Shown here piece after piece: positions 52,972 through 64,000 of a stretch of 64,000 nt of DNA. Source of the stretch: Paragordius varius (lineage: Eukaryota; Animalia; Nematomorpha); NCBI GenBank assembly GCA_964247055.1, contig OZ176051.1:11780001-11844000 (forward strand), in the 5' to 3' direction. Below the pieces are notes generated by a model. The model was not told the origin of the DNA. It searched no databases and saw only the letters and a program-made list of their open reading frames with translations. How positions within the stretch are numbered: position 1 is the stretch's first letter; every line of letters starts with the position of its first letter. The position numbers and the translations under genes are program-made.

Positions 52972-55900
52972 CTATTTTAATTATTTATAATTTACTTATT
53001 CTATTCTATAAATATACCATTTTTCGGTAAAATACCATTTTTTCAAATCCGAAAGATATAAGTATTACAAAGTAATAACAGTAGTAGTTTCGGTCCGATT
53101 CCATTCAATTTTGGCCAAAACTTTAAAATTTTATTCCAATTTTATTTTTGAGTTTAATATATCAAATTATGAGTGATAATAGCCAAAATGAACAATTAAT
53201 ACCAATAAATGAAAAATTTATAATAAATGAATTAGCATATTTTATTTATAGGAAAAAAATAAATATGGTAAAAAATATAATGTTACCTATGTTTTAGAAT
53301 CGTTGCATGCTTTTAAAAATTTAAAGTCCTTTTGATGATTGCTATTTGTTGTAACACCACATTAAACACAAAGACACGGAAAAGAAAATTAAAATGAAAA
53401 GAAATTGAAAAGAATTGATAAAAATTTTTTATGTGTGCGTGTGTGTATGTGCCAAATTTATAATAGTCTATAAATTTATTTTTGCAGAAAAGAATGTATA
53501 AGAAAACTGGCTTCAAATTATTAGGGAAGCAAAAAATTAAGAAACATACCACCCACCTAAAATTCAAAAAAGTTATTTTTTTCCTACGAAATATCAAAAT
53601 TTTATCCCAAATATAATGAATTATAAAATTAATAAATTACAAAAATTCTAAAAAATTTTCGTGATAATTATGATTAAAGTAAACTCAAACAAAATTTAAT
53701 TTAGCTGAAACTTATGTGAAACAAAAATGAATTTTTAAAAGATTAAATTACTAAAATATAATTAATTTTGTATTTTTAAGGTCACTTTTGCGGAATCCAT
53801 GATGGAAGGTCAGTCTAAATCTAGAGTCTGATATTTATAGTTTCGCCACTGCGCGAATGGCTGCATTCATAAGCAATTTGACCGGTCCAAAACAAAACCC
53901 AATTCCATGTATAATTAAAGCAGAAAATAAAATATTAAAATTAAAAAAAGGCCATAGTTTTTTACCTCAAAAGGACTCATTTATTTTTTAAGAGTACTCT
54001 ATCAATTCTACAAAAAAATTGTATAAATAAAAAGTAATCAACACATATTTATAAAAAAAATCGAAAAGCAGTACAAAAGTCAGCGCAGTACAGGCGCGTT
54101 TTTTTTTCGAAAACCCAGTACTGTACTGCGAAAAACAGCCTATCTGGTCACTTTAGGGAATATTAACTTTATACAGCTTAAAGCTTCAGGATAATGAATA
54201 TCGAAACGAAAAATGCGGTTGACAATTTATTTTTTTTGCTATTAGCCGATATCAAAAAATCTCAGTCGCACATTAGTGCGAATAAAATATAAATAACTTT
54301 AAAAACGCTTCAACAAAATTTATTTGATAATATACACCATAAGAATATTCACAAAAATATTATCGATAAGTATTTTGGTTCTCAAAACACTTACGAATTA
54401 AAAAAATTTGAATCATTAACCTGTTATTATGCGGTAAAGGGTTATAATTTTTATTTTCTATCATATTTTTACTAAATGTACAGAGACATCCTATAAATTG
54501 CGTTCAAAATGTGATGTAAGCTTCGTAAATTTTTTTTGATAATTTGCAAAAAAACGAAAGTAGCATAAAATATACACAATATAATATTATAAACACTTTC
54601 GTATACACTTCAATACAGAAAAAATATTTACCCATTTTTTTATCACTTCAGTCATAATTTTCGAGTAAAACCCTAAAAATAATAGCTGTTTGCATCGAAA
54701 TACATATGAATGAATATATATTTTTTATAAAAACGCTACTTTGGCTTTGGTGCAAACTTCACGACAAATTTTTTTTCTAGTTTAACATATATCTCTTAAT
54801 AATATTTAATTTAATGTGCTTTTAACTTTGGATGATATATGATTCATATAAACATTTGTTTTTTACCCATTCAAGTATAAATATATTGAAAAAAATAGCG
54901 TACCAAATAAAGAGCGTAAAATTCCTTGTTTTATGTACTTTGTGGGTTAAAGCGTCTAAACTACATTACGTCAAACGAATCAATGTATTATTATTAAAAA
55001 CCGATTTTATTTATCTTACATTCCAACGTCACTAAAATTTTACGTTATAAAAGTAAACTGATGATATAATCTATTGAATGTTCAGTATAAACCAAAATAC
55101 ATACTTTCGACCCCCTAATGCAATTTATTACATTTATTTTTTATTTTTATTATCATTTCTTTCAAGGTTGATGGTTTATTATCAAAATATAGTAATAAAA
55201 AAATAATGTTTTGCGTAGTTTAATTTGATTCGTTTTTATTTTTCAATAATTATATTTGAAAGGGGCTACTTAGTCTATTAAAAGCTAAGGTAAACATTTG
55301 CTGTTTTGGCAATTTTTTTATTTCTTTGGCCTAAGATTGAGCGAAAATTTACAAATAAACTCAATAAGGCCCATCAATATACATCTATAAATATATATGT
55401 AGTGATAGTTTTTTCATTAACATATTTTTATCAAACACTTTGTTCGAATTAATAATGAAATTTATTTTATTTCAATTAATTATTATGCATGGAATCATGA
55501 AATATTATGAATGTTATTTGCAATATGATCCCAATTTTCGGCCAAATAATACGCGTAAGATTGAATTGTATTGAATTTTCTTACATATTCAATAATATTG
55601 TATATTAACATATAATTTGCGATTACAATTTTTTAAAAAATAATAAATCCCGTAAATCGGCATCACCAATAAATAAGCCGATATCTCAATCAAAAAATAT
55701 TTTGATCTTGAATTACAAATTTATTTTTTTTTGATATACCGATTTTTAATATAAACATCTGCAAATGTGTCAAAAATCTATGAATTTTTTTGGGTAATAT
55801 TGTGCACACGGCTATTAAGACAAACAGATTTTTTAAAACACTTTTAAATTTTTAAGTTATATTTAATGATGTTAACATAGTTTAAGGTTGTTAAAACTAC

Positions 55901-56520
55901 GTTTGCGCAAAACCATGTCATCAGCGCGCCAATTAAGTTAAAGCCCACGTATTCATTAGAAAGATCATTATAAATTTTATTGAAACACCCCAAAGATGTT
56001 AACTTTTTGCACAGCAGAAATTATATTGGCTATTCCGAATTTAATTTATAGGTTTTTCTTTATAAAAAGATTTTTGAATTCGTTGCTATACCATCATCTC
56101 CCCCCCCCCCCCTTTCCCATCTCCAAAAATAAAAATTCAAATTTATTTATAATAATATAAATAATCAATGAGATCTATTTTTTCTTATCGGTAACAAATC
56201 GTAATAATTTGCACCTGAAACCTTATTAATAAACATTTTTTCTCTAACATCAATGTAAGGTCGTTTCTCCAACGAGATTTTTGTACGCCTTCTTTTTCGA
56301 AAACGACTGCACTAAATTGTGAAGTGAAATTAGTTTTGGTCCCGTTATATGATATCAACTATAATAAATTTACAGTAACAAACAAGAACTAGATTACATC
56401 AAACAATAAATAAGGAAATTTAACGCTATGATTTTGTTATTATTTTTTTGGCAAAGAATTAACCATTTAAGAGCAAATATATTTTTCCAAAGCACTATTT
56501 AGGTCATATCTAGAATTTAA

Positions 56521-57005
56521 CACGTTGACGGACAATTGCGGCTATAGCCGTCAAAGCGAAGTTCACAATGTGGCATGACTGCTATAGCCGTCCAAAACGA
56601 AACGGTCGTTTTTAGACACCAGCACAAATGTGCACTTAGTGGCGTATACGTAGAAGCATAGTGTCGTGTTTTGAAAACATCTTTTTAGGTTGAAGTTCAT
56701 ATTTCACCTGTTATACGAGTTGCAGATTCAGTATGCACGTGGTTGTGAAGGGAGTAGTGCGATCGTGTTTTCTATTGAATTTATAGTTCTTATTGATACG
56801 TTTAACGATATTTATACTACAGATGAGGAATATGAAGCACCAGAAGAACCAGAAAATGATGAGACATGGCATACCAATACAACATAATCAAAATTAAGTT
56901 TATTTAAGCAGAAAGAGTAAAACTATACTTCTAACATTCTAAAAATCACAAAAACATATAGTGTCAATTTTCGAACTTCGCTTGTTCCTACTGTCCGTCA
57001 GCGTG
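56521..57005 (+). mobile_element. Non-autonomous piggyBac-like element (485 bp) with TTAA target-site duplication
   Basis: TTAA|CACGTTGACGGACA ... TGTCCGTCAGCGTG|TTAA (14-bp TIR, 1 mismatch). A second inverted repeat AAGCGAAGTTC/GAACTTCGCTT lies at unequal distances from the two ends. An internal acidic remnant TTDEEYEAPEEPENDETW resembles a transposase N-terminus. Confidence 0.88.
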
Positions 57006-57456
57006 TTAAATGGATAAATGGTATTTGATTTATAGTCAGTGACCATGTATGAGTTGTTCTTCTTAGTTACATACTTACACTCTATTTTTTCTTTATAATT
57101 TATCAAATATAATTATAGAAACGAAAATCGTATACCTAGCTATTGATATGTAAATAATACTCCTTTAGATAATAATTATAATACAGATATGGTCTATAAA
57201 TAGTGCTCGTTATTTTATTACAAAATTATTTGTTACATTGATTTATATAAAAATAATTCAATAAAAACATTCATTTATTATTCCTATATAGCTCGATGCA
57301 CAATTTCACACATTGTAGAGGACACTGTTTTGAATCAAACTTTTACTCTATTTATCAGTGAGTATTGTTTTATATCTTCTATCATGTTTACATTTAAATC
57401 ATAAAAAATAATTAACAGTCAACAATAATGTTTAATATATTTATTATTTGCTTTAA

Positions 57457-58019
57457 CACTTCGATTCAAATTTGGTAAATACCCCAGACTAAATTTAAAT
57501 TAATATGATTAAAAAACTACTGAAGGAAACGGTCCTAATTTAAATTTATGCTTCTATCCTAATAAAAATTATATAAATATGGCAAAATATCTTGATAAAT
57601 TTTGTTTTAAAGTTCCATGTCAAACTACTTTGACGCCATTTTTATATTACAAAATTTTTGCAAAAAATCGTCCGTATTTAATTTTAAGGGTAAAATTAAA
57701 GCTAATTTTATTTAAATTACATCTATCATTAATAGAATTAGAAAGAGCGGTTTATTTTGTATCATTTTTTAATTTCATAATTTCACATATGTCACGTTGA
57801 CGAAATTTTTACCTTTCGGTTTCAGCTTAAAATAAGTAATATCAAGCATTTTTGAATAAAATTTTTTATATATTTCTGTTTATTAATGTTATATAAGTGC
57901 AAAATTTTGCCATGGTTTCGATTCATCCCATACTTTTTAAGGTAGTTGATTTTAAACTGGCTTGGGGTATACTACCCCATTTGAATCGAAGGACAAAATG
58001 AGTGTGTTGTATCCAAGAA
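57457..58019 (-). mobile_element. MITE family A, complete copy (~563 bp), TTAA-flanked
   Basis: TTAA|CACTTCGATTCAAAT ... GTATCCAAGAA|TTAA. CTTCGATTCAAAT occurs at one terminus and ~28 bp inside the other. Reverse complement of 36,703-37,273. Confidence 0.75.
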
Positions 58020-58197
58020 TTAAAATAATTCCACAATAATATATTAGAAACATATATATATACCATTTTTCAGTCAAAAGGAACATTTTTTAAACCAAAT
58101 ATTTTTTTAACCAAACGAAACATTTTTAAGCAAAGGCAACTGAAAAAATGTTGCGTTTGGTTGGAAAAAATACTGATATAGACTGAAAAATGTTATA

Positions 58198-58203
<6 letters not shown>

Positions 58204-58257
<54 letters not shown>
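58204..58257. repeat. (TA)27 microsatellite
   Basis: Read directly from the sequence. Confidence 0.98.
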
Positions 58258-58262
<5 letters not shown>

Positions 58263-59428
58263 TTGAGGTTACCTCTTGTACGCTTTGGGAAAATCAATAT
58301 TTTAATTAGAGTCGATTATTTTTGGCATCCGGGGGTCAGCGCCATACATGAAAAATAAAAATGCAAAAAAAAATCAGAAAATAAATAAACCGTTTTTAGA
58401 ATTTTGGCTGTCATATATCTTTATTTAGCTAAAATGCTTAACATCAATTTAACCACATGTTTGTGTTAAATAATTTAACTTAAAAAAATCGGGATATTTG
58501 AAAAGGATGCAATCATTCTAATGGTTTTGTTAATATGTACATAAACTCACGGCCAGATATACTTATTAATTATAAATATTTTCATGTGTTTGCTATGCTA
58601 TCCGGTATTATATACTGTACTGGCCTTCAAATTTTTTGATAGAGCGATCTAAAAGGATGTCTAAAATACAAAACTTTAAATAACGATGAAACTTCATATT
58701 TTTTTATATTTAATTTTTCAAATCTTTCTACGTTGGATTGGTTGAACGTATATACTAAGAATAAATATAATTTTGCATGCAAATATTATTTTGTTCAGAA
58801 TCCCTTAAATGTGTTTATATAATATTTTAATTATTATTGAGTTGCTTTGAAAATTTTAACTTAAAGCAAAAAACATACAAATTTTGGAATTTCACCATTT
58901 TTTATAATTAAACGGAGAAAAACGCAAACTATGTCAAACCAGTATTTTGGCTATAAACATTTTAATTCGATTAATATATTTATCAATGATTCTTACTAAA
59001 AATTGTTAAAAAATAACGTAAACAAATTAAAATGCAATAAAATCCTTTTATATTTACCTTAATTTTAGCAGGTGAAAATCTCACAAAAATTTTTGTTTTA
59101 AGTTAAAGTTGATTTGCTAATACTGTTGTAAATAATCATAGAGTATGATTAATAAATATTGAACATTACCAGATAGCATTATAGATTACTCACTTCAAAA
59201 TCATATTTTTTCATATTACTTTTTAAACGTTTGATAAAAATTCATAGTCTGTTAATTATTTGCTTTTTTAGTATAGTCAATTAAAATAGAGTTAAGAATG
59301 AAAAAAAGTTGATTTTTGTTGAAAAATATTGATTGTAAAGGTACTGATTTTCTAATAAGACAGTAGTTACACATTTTTATAATTATTTTGTTTTAGATTA
59401 CCAAAATATAAATATAATTAAAATATAG

Positions 59429-59506
59429 ATACCAATCAAACAGTAACGTTGCTTAATTGTAATGTAAAAATAACCGTGAAACGAAACAGGATAAGGCAAA
59501 ATTTAA
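59429..59506 (+). CDS. Unassigned gene, copy 2, exon i (78 bp): TNQTVTLLNCNVKITVKRNRIRQNL
   Basis: ATATAG acceptor, A|GTAATT donor; paralog of 44,743-44,820. Confidence 0.8.
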
Positions 59507-59603
59507 GTAATTTTTTTAAATTTTGATATTTTAAATAATTTTTTATTTTTAAAAAAATTTGAAAGACAATTATAGAGTTAATTTTTCATATTTCATAATT
59601 TAG

Positions 59604-59747
59604 TCTTTAATAATGCCATATCGATACACAACACGGATAAGGCTCAAGCAGGGAAAGGGATCACATGTACAAATTTAAATCCTCTGCCTGACAAAATTGT
59701 TACCAAACCTAGAAGACCCAAAAATAATAATAGGCCATCCGTTACAA
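59604..59747 (+). CDS. Unassigned gene, copy 2, exon ii (144 bp): FNNAISIHNTDKAQAGKGITCTNLNPLPDKIVTKPRRPKNNNRPSVT
   Basis: TTTAG acceptor, A|GTATT donor; paralog of 44,916-45,056. The supplied track shows only the antisense ORF here. Confidence 0.85.
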
Positions 59748-61166
59748 GTATTATTATCTCATATGATTTATATCCTTTGCAATATTCGCAATATTCAATT
59801 AAATAATCGTTTTTGTGATTAGTTATATATATATATATTCCATTGGTTTCGGACTGATTAAAGTACAATAAACAGTCTGACGGCGCCTATAAATTATGAT
59901 TTAGAGAGGGTGAGATTTTTAAAAATATATGATATTCATATATATTTTGTTAGTTTAAACATAACAGTGTAAAATGCAAACGCAATTTAAGATTTTTTCA
60001 AATTACTTGACAATTGGATGGACTTATTTCAAAAACTGTTTAAGAAATATGAATTTCCAAATGTGCGCATACTTTTGTAAACTATGAAATAGTTTGCGGA
60101 CAGCTAATAATGTATCGGTAGGCCGAATGTTCGACACTCTGGGTTTAAACCAAGGAAATATATTACAAATATAACCTATTAGCAGTATACTTGATTGTGA
60201 TGTATTAATGGAAAAAACAAACTTTACAGTATTTTAGGCCTTAAACCTGTCATCTTTACTAAATTATTCTACACATTTATTAAACATTTCATGTAACAAA
60301 AACCTTAAAAACACATATATTTGGGCATCTAGCACTGCTATAAAGATATAAATATGTATATCATTGGGGAAAAATAACTCCAATGATCATTTAGTTTTTA
60401 TATAATACTAATGGGAAACATATAAACTATTTCATGGGGATGAAACAATTAATAAATCATATACATTGAAATTATCCTGATGAAATATATATGTTCTGAT
60501 TGTTTGAAGATTATTATAGTGTTTTTGGTTTTAGGTCTTACGTGTGATACAAGAAAAATATTTGGACATTTATGTAATAGTTTGCGAGGATTAAATGCTC
60601 CATTCAAAAAATATTAATATAATGTATATTAAAAGCAAATACAATATTTTAAAATTTTAATTTTTAGTTAAGGGCTCCCAAACTTTCAAATTTTTGCCCG
60701 CTATGGACTAAAACGCAAAAAAGCTGAGATATTACGATTACATTAATATTGTGTGAATTACGGCTCAAAAAAATATTATTTAAATGAATACTATATTAAA
60801 AATTTTATATGGAACGTAATTTATATTGTGAAAACGGTAAAAACACTTTTTATTATAAAAACCTTTTCCATATAATTCAATATTTTTCCACTTAATAATT
60901 TGGTTTAAAACATTTGTTCGCCCTGAAATTTAAATATATTCCTTGGTAAAAACACATCCTACAAAATTGGGAAAATTGATACAAATATTCAGATGAATTA
61001 TATAGAAAATTGATATTTTTTATACAATTTTGGCTTTTTGGTTTGTTTAAAAAAACTAGCCCATTAGAGGGAATTTAGGCGCCAACATTTAATCAACATA
61101 TAAAATCTTTTTTGATAGAGACTATTTTATTCAAAAAATCATTTGATTACCTATATAAACTTATAG

Positions 61167-61168
<2 letters not shown>

Positions 61169-61242
<74 letters not shown>
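61169..61242. repeat. (TA)37 microsatellite
   Basis: Read directly from the sequence. Confidence 0.98.
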
Positions 61243-61250
<8 letters not shown>

Positions 61251-61634
61251 TAAGTGAGAACATCAATACTTTTATTGTTAAATTGTTACCCAAAGATTGA
61301 ATCGTTTTTAAATGCTTTTATAGAATCCTTTCTAGCCGACAATTTATGACTGTGGCCCTCGAAATTAGGCGTATCATATAAGTAATTTACTCATCTGATT
61401 ATAATGCACCGTATAAGGCTCCTTTAATCTTAGTTTTGTTTAACTTAGATGATTATTAGTTTGTAAGTATTTTCGAACCTGCTAAAAACGAAAAAGAAAC
61501 ATTTTATTTTAAATATCTCGGTAGAATCAAATTAGATATAATTTTTATTAAAAAAGAACATACAACAAAGTAGCATAATGTAATCCAAAATTTTATCACT
61601 TTTTATATAAATTTCTCCAATGCTTGATGTTTAG

Positions 61635-61797
61635 CTACACAAACTCCAATAAATACAACTACCGTTTTCCCCGGTGAAGATTTTGATTCAGATAAGGGCC
61701 TTAAAGAAACCGAAGAGGAATCAGATAGGGAATCGCTCTCGCCGGATTGGGAGAAAAGGACTGCATGGAGGGGAACACCACAGCGTTTTACCAATAG
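61635..61797 (+). CDS. Unassigned gene, copy 2, exon iii (163 bp): TQTPINTTTVFPGEDFDSDKGLKETEEESDRESLSPDWEKRTAWRGTPQRFTN
   Basis: GTTTAG acceptor, AG|GTATG donor; same phases as 45,153-45,321, with a 6-nt (in-frame) length difference. Confidence 0.82.
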
Positions 61798-62470
61798 GTA
61801 TGAATTTGGGAGAAAGATTTTATTTTATATTTTGAGACGTGAATAAACGTTTCTCTAGTCATGTATGCCATGTTTTCTCATATGATACTTGTACTTATGC
61901 CTAATACAAAAATATATATTGACACAAATAAAAGTTTAAGTTTTATATGTCAGAATTTACAAACAGTTTACGGAAAAATGAATATATATATATATATATA
62001 TATAAATAAATTGAAATTCACTTAAGTTTTCACACCGACGCTTGGACACTCAGTTGTTCTAGAGTCAATTTTAATCTCAGTTCCAGTTTTATTTATTGTC
62101 AAAAAAATTTAATACGGTTCGGCTGCCAAACTTTGAAATAATATTATAGTCATGTATACTTTATTTTATCGAAAATTTATTTTTTTTCGTTAAATGGGTA
62201 TAAATATTTGGTAAAGAATGGAAAAAAGAGCTCTATGTTATTAACCAAACCATATTCATTAAAAAAGTAAAAGTGTGGGGGGAAAGCGTCGGAAATCTTT
62301 GGTAAAAAACGAAAATACACTAACAACTAACCCTTCACTTAAAATTATTGTATAAAAGGGTTGGAAAAATCGTAATTTTTATCTCAATTATAATTTTTTT
62401 GTTTTGATATGGGAACGATTTTAAAAGGGATATTCACAATACATGCTACCTTTAAAATTATTATGATTTT

Positions 62471-62603
62471 CCCGGTTCCGGTTCCAAAATTTCAGGAACC
62501 GCCCGGTTCTATTTTCAAATTCTTAAGAACCAACGTGGTTCCGGTTCCATTCAGGAACCGACCCAGTTCCGGTTCCACTTTATTGAACCGGTTCCAAGCC
62601 TTG
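62471..62603 (-). mobile_element. Transposon end with clustered GGAACC/GGTTCC subterminal repeats, probably hAT-type
   Basis: Repeated CCGGTTCC/GGAACCG motifs ending in CCGGTTCCAAGCCTTG (CAAGGCTTGGAACCGG on the minus strand). No partner end was found. Confidence 0.5.
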
Positions 62604-63411
62604 GTTAATACCATAGGGCTCTTGTTTTTCATTCTTTGCCAAATAATTTTACCCATTTAAGGAAAAAAAAGTAAATTTTTAATAAAATAAAGGGTACATA
62701 CATGACTGTACAGAAAATAAACATAGCAGATATTTTTTATTGTTTTGGTTTTCTCATAAATGAAAAGATGATTATGTTAAAAGTAAAGAGATACAGACGC
62801 ATAAAAGCTAAAAGAATTTTTAATAAACAAACCATATTACAAATTTTCTACAAACTCTTTATTCCAAATTTAGGTTTTTTAATGAATAAATCAACTCTAT
62901 TACTTTTTGCGACACAAAGGGATGATAATTATTTAAAAAATTGATATTTTGCAAATAGTTGCCCTTTTAAATATTATATATTTGTCTATTGCTTTTACCT
63001 TTTGTCTGTTTAATTTTATTTTCTTATATATGTTAGAATAATAATATCTATTAGAGTTTTTTAAAACAGGGCTTATGCAATCGCTTATATTCTTATTAAA
63101 AAATTTATTTTTATGAACTTGCAAAACATTATTGTTGATTAAAGACCCTATATAAACCATTATTAAACTATTTAAAAACCTTTATGATAAATTTTTAATT
63201 TGAAAGTTTAGTGCGTGATACCAATGTAAATCAAAATTTTTTTCAACTAAAAAATTATTCGTTCATTTATTCGTATATTGGGATAGGGTCACGAAACACT
63301 TTAATTTTTATAAATTCAAATATTTTAATCAAAAAATAAAGCCTTTAGTTGCTTTTGTCAAACATTTACTTGGCCGGGTATCAAGAATAATATAAATGTT
63401 TCCCATACTAG

Positions 63412-63571
63412 GAATGAGGGAGACAAAATGCAGTTTCGAAATTTATGTGATGCATCGTGCTATAAGTGGGGAAAACTTTATACCATTATAAAGGAAACGC
63501 AAAGTTTGGCTGATGATAGAGTAGAGTTGGAAAACATTGTTTATGTCGGTTGTGGTACAACTAAAATAGAG
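63412..63571 (+). CDS. Unassigned gene, copy 2, exon iv (160 bp): NEGDKMQFRNLCDASCYKWGKLYTIIKETQSLADDRVELENIVYVGCGTTKIE
   Basis: CATACTAG acceptor, GAG|GTAAAC donor; paralog of 47,083-47,242. Confidence 0.87.
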
Positions 63572-63743
63572 GTAAACGTTTCCTTTTATTCAATAAACGG
63601 TTTTTGAATCAATTTATAATTCGAAAGTCATTATAATGCATGTAAATAATGACGAAATAAAATGATAACATGTTATAACCACAAACGCAAATATAACAGA
63701 GTAGGCAATACCTGTGAAAAACTTGTATAGGGTAACATATATT

Positions 63744-64000
63744 TACTTGGTGCCCAAAAAAAATTTTATGAGGTCAACTAATAGATGTCAGCGAAAATAT
63801 CCAGACGATTAATTAGCACAGACTACACTTTGTTCATATGATAACATTAAATGACAATCACACACAAGTTAGTTTGCCAAAAACTAGCTCCTCTTGTTTT
63901 CAGTAAGCATGTCACATTACCGAAAACAACATTTGCGACTTGAATTGCTTTTCCTCTTTTATAAGGAGAAAAAGGCCGCTGAGAGCCATCGTTTGCTGAT
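63744..64000 (+). mobile_element. 5' end of a mariner transposon, running off the window
   Basis: ATG at 63,909 opens MSHYRKQHLRLELLFLFYKEKKAAESHRLL, matching the Mos1-type N-terminal KK.AAESHR.L motif. Possible TIR start TACTTGGTGCCCAAAA. Confidence 0.82.

Noticed and set aside
56100-56112. C13 run as a G-quadruplex element
   Set aside because: It is a single homopolymer in repeat-rich intergenic DNA with no supporting context.
55038-60490. CTGATGA motifs (55,038 +, ~55,918 -, ~60,477 +) as hammerhead cores
   Set aside because: None is followed by a convincing stem II plus GAAA and stem III.
59644-61794. Minus-strand ORFs 59644-59868 and 61603-61794
   Set aside because: They are antisense shadows of plus-strand exons ii and iii of copy 2, which have splice sites and a conserved paralog.

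Overview
This is very AT-rich eukaryotic DNA; the short GT-AG introns and the transposon types suggest an insect (inference). It has no prokaryotic features, and almost all ORFs in the supplied track are chance products of repeats or AT-rich DNA. Positions 1-35.6 kb are a modular satellite built from 20/21/40/41/50-bp subunits that nearly all start with GATTGTT. It is highly homogeneous, with kb-scale internal duplications, up to about 23 kb and then degenerates. It switches orientation at 26,023, ~29,651 and 33,269, and is interrupted by a 1.1-kb non-satellite island and a near-perfect 8x63-bp young variant array. The satellite ends at a decayed Penelope-like retroelement (RT C-terminal part plus GIY-YIG endonuclease). 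Positions 36.5-64 kb are a mosaic of decayed elements: an RTE-like LINE piece, two mariner remnants, tail-to-tail hAT transposase fragments, several TTAA-flanked piggyBac-like MITEs and (TA)n tracts. Within this mosaic lie two tandem paralogous multi-exon coding units with matching exon phases, not assignable to a family here. The most notable observations are the foldback-like satellite architecture with a duplicated inversion junction, the young 63-bp array and the unassigned gene pair. All alignments were made by eye and no database searches were run.
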